From contig OZ024756.1 in assembly GCA_964016885.1 (NCBI GenBank), positions 42,718,001 through 42,782,000 on the forward strand: a stretch of 64,000 bases of DNA. The letters run 5' to 3'. The notes beneath the pieces are model-generated. The model was not told where the DNA came from and made no database searches. It saw nothing but the letters and a program-made list of their open reading frames with translations. Numbering within the stretch: the first letter of the stretch is position 1; each line of letters opens with the position of its first letter. Source of the stretch: Eledone cirrhosa (lineage: Eukaryota). This document shows, piece after piece, positions 57,001-64,000 of this stretch. A program made the translations under genes and the position numbers.

Positions 57001-60000
57001 CACACTAGAGACAGACATTGGACACACACACACAAGGGACAGTCATTGGAGACACACTAGATAGAGACATTGGACATACACTAGAGACAGACATTGGACA
57101 CACACTAGATACAGACATTGGACACACACTAGATACAGACATTGGACACACACCAGAGACAGACATTGGACACACACCAGAGACAGACATTGGACACACA
57201 CCAGAGACAGACATTGGACACACACTAGAGACAGACATTGGACACACACTAGAGACAGACATTGGAGACACACTAGAGACAGACATTGGAGACACACTAG
57301 AGACAGACATTGGACACACACTAGAGACAGACATTGGACACACACCAGAGACAGACATTGGACACACACCAGAGACAGACATTGGACACACACTAGAGAC
57401 AGACATTGGACACACACTAGAGACAGACATTGGACAAACACCAGAGACAAACATTGGACACACACTAGAGACAGACATTGGACACACTAGAGACAGACAT
57501 TGGACACACTAGAGACAGACATTGGACACACACTAGAGACAGACATTGGAGACACACTAGAGACAGACATTGGACACACACTATAGACAGACATTGGACA
57601 CACACTAGAGACAGACATTGGACACACACTAGAGACAGACATTGGAGACACACTAGAGACAGACATTGGACACACACTAGAGACAGACATTGGACACACA
57701 CGAGAGACAGACATTGGACACACACCAGAGACAGACATTGGACACACACTAGAGACAGACATTGGACACACACTAGAGACAGACATTGGACACACACCAG
57801 AGACAGACATTGGACACACACTAGAGACAGACATTGGACACACACCAGAGACAGACATTGGAAACACACCAGAGACAGACATTGGACACACACCAGAGAC
57901 AGACATTGGACACACACTAGAGACAGACATTGGACACACACCAGAGACAGACATTGGACACACACTAGAGACAGACATTGGACACACACTAGAGACAGAC
58001 ATTGGACACACACTAGAGACAGACATTGGACACACACTAGAGACAGACATTGGACACACACCAGAGACAGACATTGGACACACACCAGAGACAGACATTG
58101 GACACACACTAGAGACAGACATTGTACACACACTAGAGACAGACATTGGACACACACTAGAGACAGACATTGGACACACACTAGAAACAGACATTGGACA
58201 CACACCAGAGACAGACATTGGACACACACCAGAGACAGACATTGGACACACACCAGAGACGGACATTGGACACACACTAGAGACAGACATTGGACACACA
58301 CCAGAGACAGACATTGGACACACACTAGAGACAGACATTGGACACACACCAGAGACAGACATTGGACATACACCAGAGACAGACATTGGACACACACCAG
58401 AGACAGACATTGGACACACACTAGAGACAGACATTGGACACACACCAGAGAGAGACATTGGACACACACTAGAGACAGACATTGGACACACACTAGAGAC
58501 AGACATTGGACACACACTAGAGACAGACATTGGACACACACTAGAGACAGACATTGGACACACACCAGAGACAGACATTGGACACAAACCAGAGACAGAC
58601 ATTGGACACACACCAGAGACAGACATTGGACACACACTAGAGACAGACATTGGACACACACCAGAGACAGACATTGGACACACACTAGAGACAGACATTG
58701 GACACACACTAGAGACAGACATTGGACACACACTAGAGACAGACATTGGACACACACCATAGTCAGACATTGGACACACACACTAGAGAAAAACATTGGA
58801 CACACAATAGAGACAGACATTAGACACACACCAGAGACAGACATTGGACACACACTAGAGACAGACATTGTGCACACACCAAAGACAGACATTGGGCACA
58901 CACTAGAGACAGACATTGGACACACACTAGAGACAGAGATTGGGCACACACTAGAGACAGACATTGGACACACACTAGAGACAGACATTGGACACACTAG
59001 ATACAGACATTGGACACACACTAGAGGCAGACATTGGACACACACCAGAGACAGACATTGGACACACACCAGAGACAGACATTGGACACACACTAGAGAC
59101 AGACATTGGACACACACTAGAGACAGACATTGGACAAACACTAGAGACAAACATTGGACACACACTAGAGACAGACATTGGACACACTAGAGACAGACAT
59201 TGGACAGACTAGAGACAGACATTGGTCACACACTAGAGACAGACATTGGACACACACTAGAGACAGACATTGGACACACACACAAGGGACATTCATTGGA
59301 GACACACTAGATAGAGACATTGGACATACACTAGAGACAGACATTGGACACACACTAGATACAGACATTGGACACACACTAGATACAGACATTGGACACA
59401 CACCAGAGACAGACATTGGACACACACTAGAGACAGACATTGGACACACACCAGAGACAGACATTGGACACACACCAGAGACAGACATTGGACACACACT
59501 AGAGACAGACATTGGACACACACTAGGGAGAGACATTGGAGACACACTAGACACAGACATTGGAGACACACTAGAGACAGACATTGGACACACACTAGAG
59601 GCAGACATTGGACACACACCAGAGACAGACATTGGACACACATTAGAGACAGACGTTGGACACACACCAGAGACAGACATTGGACACACACTAGAGACAG
59701 ACATTGGACACACACTAGAGACAGACATTGGACACACACTAGGGACAGACATTGGACACACACTAGAGACAGACATTGGACACACACCAGAGACAGACAT
59801 TGGACACAAACCAGAGACAGACATTGGACACACACCAGAGACAGATATTGGACACACACTAGAGACAGACATTGGACACACACCAGAGACAGACATTGGA
59901 CACACACCAGAGACAGACATTGGACACACACTAGAGACAGACATTGGACACACACTAGAGACAGACATTGGACACACACTAGAGACAGACATTGGACACA

Positions 60001-63000
60001 CACCATAGTCAGACATTGGACACACACACTAGAGAAAGACATTGGACACACAATAGAGACAGACATTGGAGACACACTAGAGACAGACATTGGAGACACA
60101 CACAAGGGACATTCATTGGAGACACACTAGATAGAGACATTGGACATACACCAGAGACAGACATTGGACACACACTAGAGACAGACATTGGACACACACT
60201 AGAGACAGACATTGGACACACACCAGAGACAGACATTGGACACACACTAGAGACAGACATTGGACACACACCAGAGACAGACATTGGACACACACTAGAG
60301 ACAGACATTGGACACACGCTAGAGACAGACATTGGACACACACCAGAGACAGACATTGGACACACACTAGAGACAGACATTGGACACACGCTAGAGACAG
60401 ACATTGGACACACACTAGAGACAGACATTGGACACACACTAGAGACAGACATTGGACACACACCAGAGACAGACATTGGACACACACCAGAGACTGACAT
60501 TGGACACACACCAGAGACAGACATTGGACACACACTAGAGACAGACATTGGACACACACCAGAGACAGACATTGGACACACACTAGAGACAGACATTGGA
60601 CACACGCTAGAGACAGACATTGGACACACACTAGAGACAGACATTGGACACACACTAGAGACAGACATTGGACACACACCAGAGACAGACATTGGACACA
60701 CACCAGAGACAGACATTGGACACACACTAGAGACAGACATTGGACACACACTAGAGACAGACATTGGACACACACTAGAGACAGACATTGGACACACTAG
60801 AGACAGACATTGGACAGACTAGAGACAGACATTGGTCACACACTAGAGACAGACATTGGACACACACTAGAGACAGACATTGGACACACACTAGAGACAG
60901 ACATTGGACACACATTAGAGACAGACGTTGGACACACACTAGAGACAGACATTGGACACGCTAGAGACAGACATTGGACACACTAGAGACAGACATTGGA
61001 CATACACACTAGTGACAAACATTGGACACACACTAGAGACAGACATTGGACACACACCAGAGACAGACATTGGACACACACCAGAGACAGACATTGGACA
61101 CACACTAGAGACAGACATTGGACACACACTAGAGACAGACATTGGACACACACCAGAGACAGACATTGGACACACACTAGAGACAGACATTGGAGACACT
61201 AGAGACAGACATTGGACACACTAGAGACAGACATTGGACACACACTAGAGACAGACATTGGACACACACCAGAGACAGACATTGGACACACACTAGAGAC
61301 AGACATTGGACACACACCAGAGACAGACATTGGACATACACCAGAGACAGACATTGGACACACACCAGAGACAGACATTGGACACACACTAGAGACAGAC
61401 ATTGGACACACACACTAGAGACAGACATTGGACACACACTACAGACAGACATTGGACACACACTAGAGACAGACATTGGACACACACTAGAGACAGACAT
61501 TGGACACACACTAGAGACAGACATTGGACACACACGAGAGACAGACATTGGACACAAACCAGAGACAGACATTGGACACACACCAGAGACAGACATTGGA
61601 CACACACTAGAGACAGACATTGGACACACACCAGAGACAGACATTGGACACACACCAGAGACAGACATTGGACACACACTAGAGACAGACATTGGACACA
61701 CACTAGAGACAGACATTGGACACACACTAGAGACAGACATTGGACACACACCATAGTCAGACATTGGACACACACACTAGAGAAAGACATTGGACACACA
61801 ATAGAGACAGACATTAGACACACACCAGAGACACACATTGGACACACACTAGAGACAGACATTGTGCACACACCAAAGACAGACATTGGGCACACACTAG
61901 AGACAGACATTGGACACACACTAGAGACAGACATTGGGCACACACTAGAGACAGACATTGGACACACGCTAGAGACAGACATTGGACACACTAGATACAG
62001 ACATTGGACACACACACCAGAGACAGACACTAGACACACAGACTAGAGACAGACATTAGACACACACTAGAGACAGACATTGGACACACACCATAGTCAG
62101 ACATTGGACACACACACTAGAGAAAAACATTGGACACACAATAGAGACAGACATTAGACACACACCAGAGACAGACATTGGACACACACTAGAGACAGAC
62201 ATTGTGCACACACCAAAGACAGACATTGGGCACACACTAGAGACAGACATTGGACACACACTAGAGACAGACATTGGGCACACACTAGAGACAGACATTG
62301 GACACACGCTAGAGACAGACATTGGACACACTAGATACAGACATTGGACACACACTAGAGGCAGACATTGGACACACACCAGAGACAGACATTGGACACA
62401 CACCAGAGACAGACATTGGACACACACTAGAGACAGACATTGGACACACACTAGAGACAGACATTGGACAAACACTAGAGACAAACATTGGACACACACT
62501 AGAGACAGACATTGGACACACTAGAGACAGACATTGGACAGACTAGAGACAGACATTGGTCACACACTAGAGACAGACATTGGACACACACTAGAGACAG
62601 ACATTGGACACACACACAAGGGACATTCATTGGAGACACACTAGATAGAGACATTGGACATACACTAGAGACAGACATTGGACACACACTAGATACAGAC
62701 ATTGGACACACACTAGATACAGACATTGGACACACACCAGAGACAGACATTGGACACACACTAGAGACAGACATTGGACACACACCAGAGACAGACATTG
62801 GACACACACCAGAGACAGACATTGGACACACACTAGAGACAGACATTGGACACACACTAGAGACAGACATTGGAGACACACTAGACACAGACATTGGAGA
62901 CACACTAGAGACAGACATTGGACACACACTAGAGGCAGACATTGGACACACACCAGAGACAGACATTGGACACACACCAGAGACAGACATTGGACACACA

Positions 63001-64000
63001 CCAGAGACAGACATTGGACACACACTAGAGACAGACATTGGACACACACTAGAGACAGACATTGGACAAACACCAGAGACAAACATTGGACACACACTAG
63101 AGACAGACATTGGACACACACACGAGAGACAGACATTGGACACACACTACAGACAGACATTGGACACACACTAGAGACAGACATTGGACACACACTAGAG
63201 ACAGACATTGGACACACACTAGAGACAGACATTGGACACACACGAGAGACAGACATTGGACACAAACCAGAGACAGACATTGGACACACACCAGAGACAG
63301 ACATTGGACACACACTAGAGACAGACATTGGACAGACTAGAGACAGACATTGGTCACACACTAGAGACAGACATTGGACACACACTAGAGACAGACATTG
63401 GACACACACTAGAGACAGACATTGGACACACATTAGAGACAGACGTTGGACACACACTAGAGACAGACATTGGACACGCTAGAGACAGACATTGGACACA
63501 CTAGAGACAGACATTGGACATACACACTAGTGACAAACATTGGACACACACTAGAGACAGACATTGGACACACACCAGAGACAGACATTGGACACACACC
63601 AGAGACAGACATTGGACACACACTAGAGACAGACATTGGACACACACTAGAGACAGACATTGGACACACACCAGAGACAGACATTGGACACACACTAGAG
63701 ACAGACATTGGAGACACTAGAGACAGACATTGGACACACTAGAGACAGACATTGGACACACACTAGAGACAGACATTGGACACACACCAGAGACAGACAT
63801 TGGACACACACTAGAGACAGACATTGGACACACACCAGAGACAGACATTGGACATACACCAGAGACAGACATTGGACACACACCAGAGACAGACATTGGA
63901 CACACACTAGAGACAGACATTGGACACACACACGAGAGACAGACATTGGACACACACTACAGACAGACATTGGACACACACTAGAGACAGACATTGGACA
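30061..64000. repeat. Giant 24-bp minisatellite (CTAGAGACAGACATTGGACACACA)n, >=34 kb (~1400 units), with 22/26-bp (CA) indel variants and higher-order blocks
   Basis: Continuous to the window end. The LETDIGHT/TRDRHWTH/VCPMSVSS ORFs are simply its reading frames. Confidence 0.98.

Noticed and set aside
30093-63994. Long ORFs (up to 675 aa) of LETDIGHT / TRDRHWTH / VCPMSVSS / VCVQCLSL repeats
   Set aside because: Artefacts of a 24-bp unit lacking stops in several frames. They occur on both strands, are constantly frameshifted by CA indels, and the array is intronic by synteny.

Overview
AT-rich, microsatellite-dense animal genomic DNA. The SINE, RTE and Penelope content suggests a mollusc, probably an octopus/cephalopod (inference). 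Bases 1-30 kb hold a head-to-tail tandem array (~13.4-14.4 kb unit) of a minus-strand, spliced immunoglobulin-superfamily gene that the ORF track only shows in pieces. Hand assembly of copy B (leader 22979-23099, V-like Ig 16861-17187, C-like Ig 14627-14941, hydrophobic tail 13012-13112; all GT-AG, phase 1) gives a 287-aa protein: signal peptide, two Ig domains and a GPI-like tail. Copy A appears pseudogenised (V exon deleted, 7-bp frameshift). Copy C is partial, and its V-C intron is inflated by a >=34-kb 24-bp minisatellite that has only ~10 units in copy B. The C-domain exons of B and C differ almost only at nonsynonymous sites (~30 nt, 26 aa, ~1 clearly silent, manual count), while leader and tail exons are nearly invariant. 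This suggests a diversifying cell-surface recognition or immune family. Introns carry Penelope-like elements with hammerhead motifs, a twin-primed RTE inserted in (TA)n, a Helitron helicase remnant, MITEs and many tRNA-SINEs. All ORFs beyond 30 kb are satellite artefacts.
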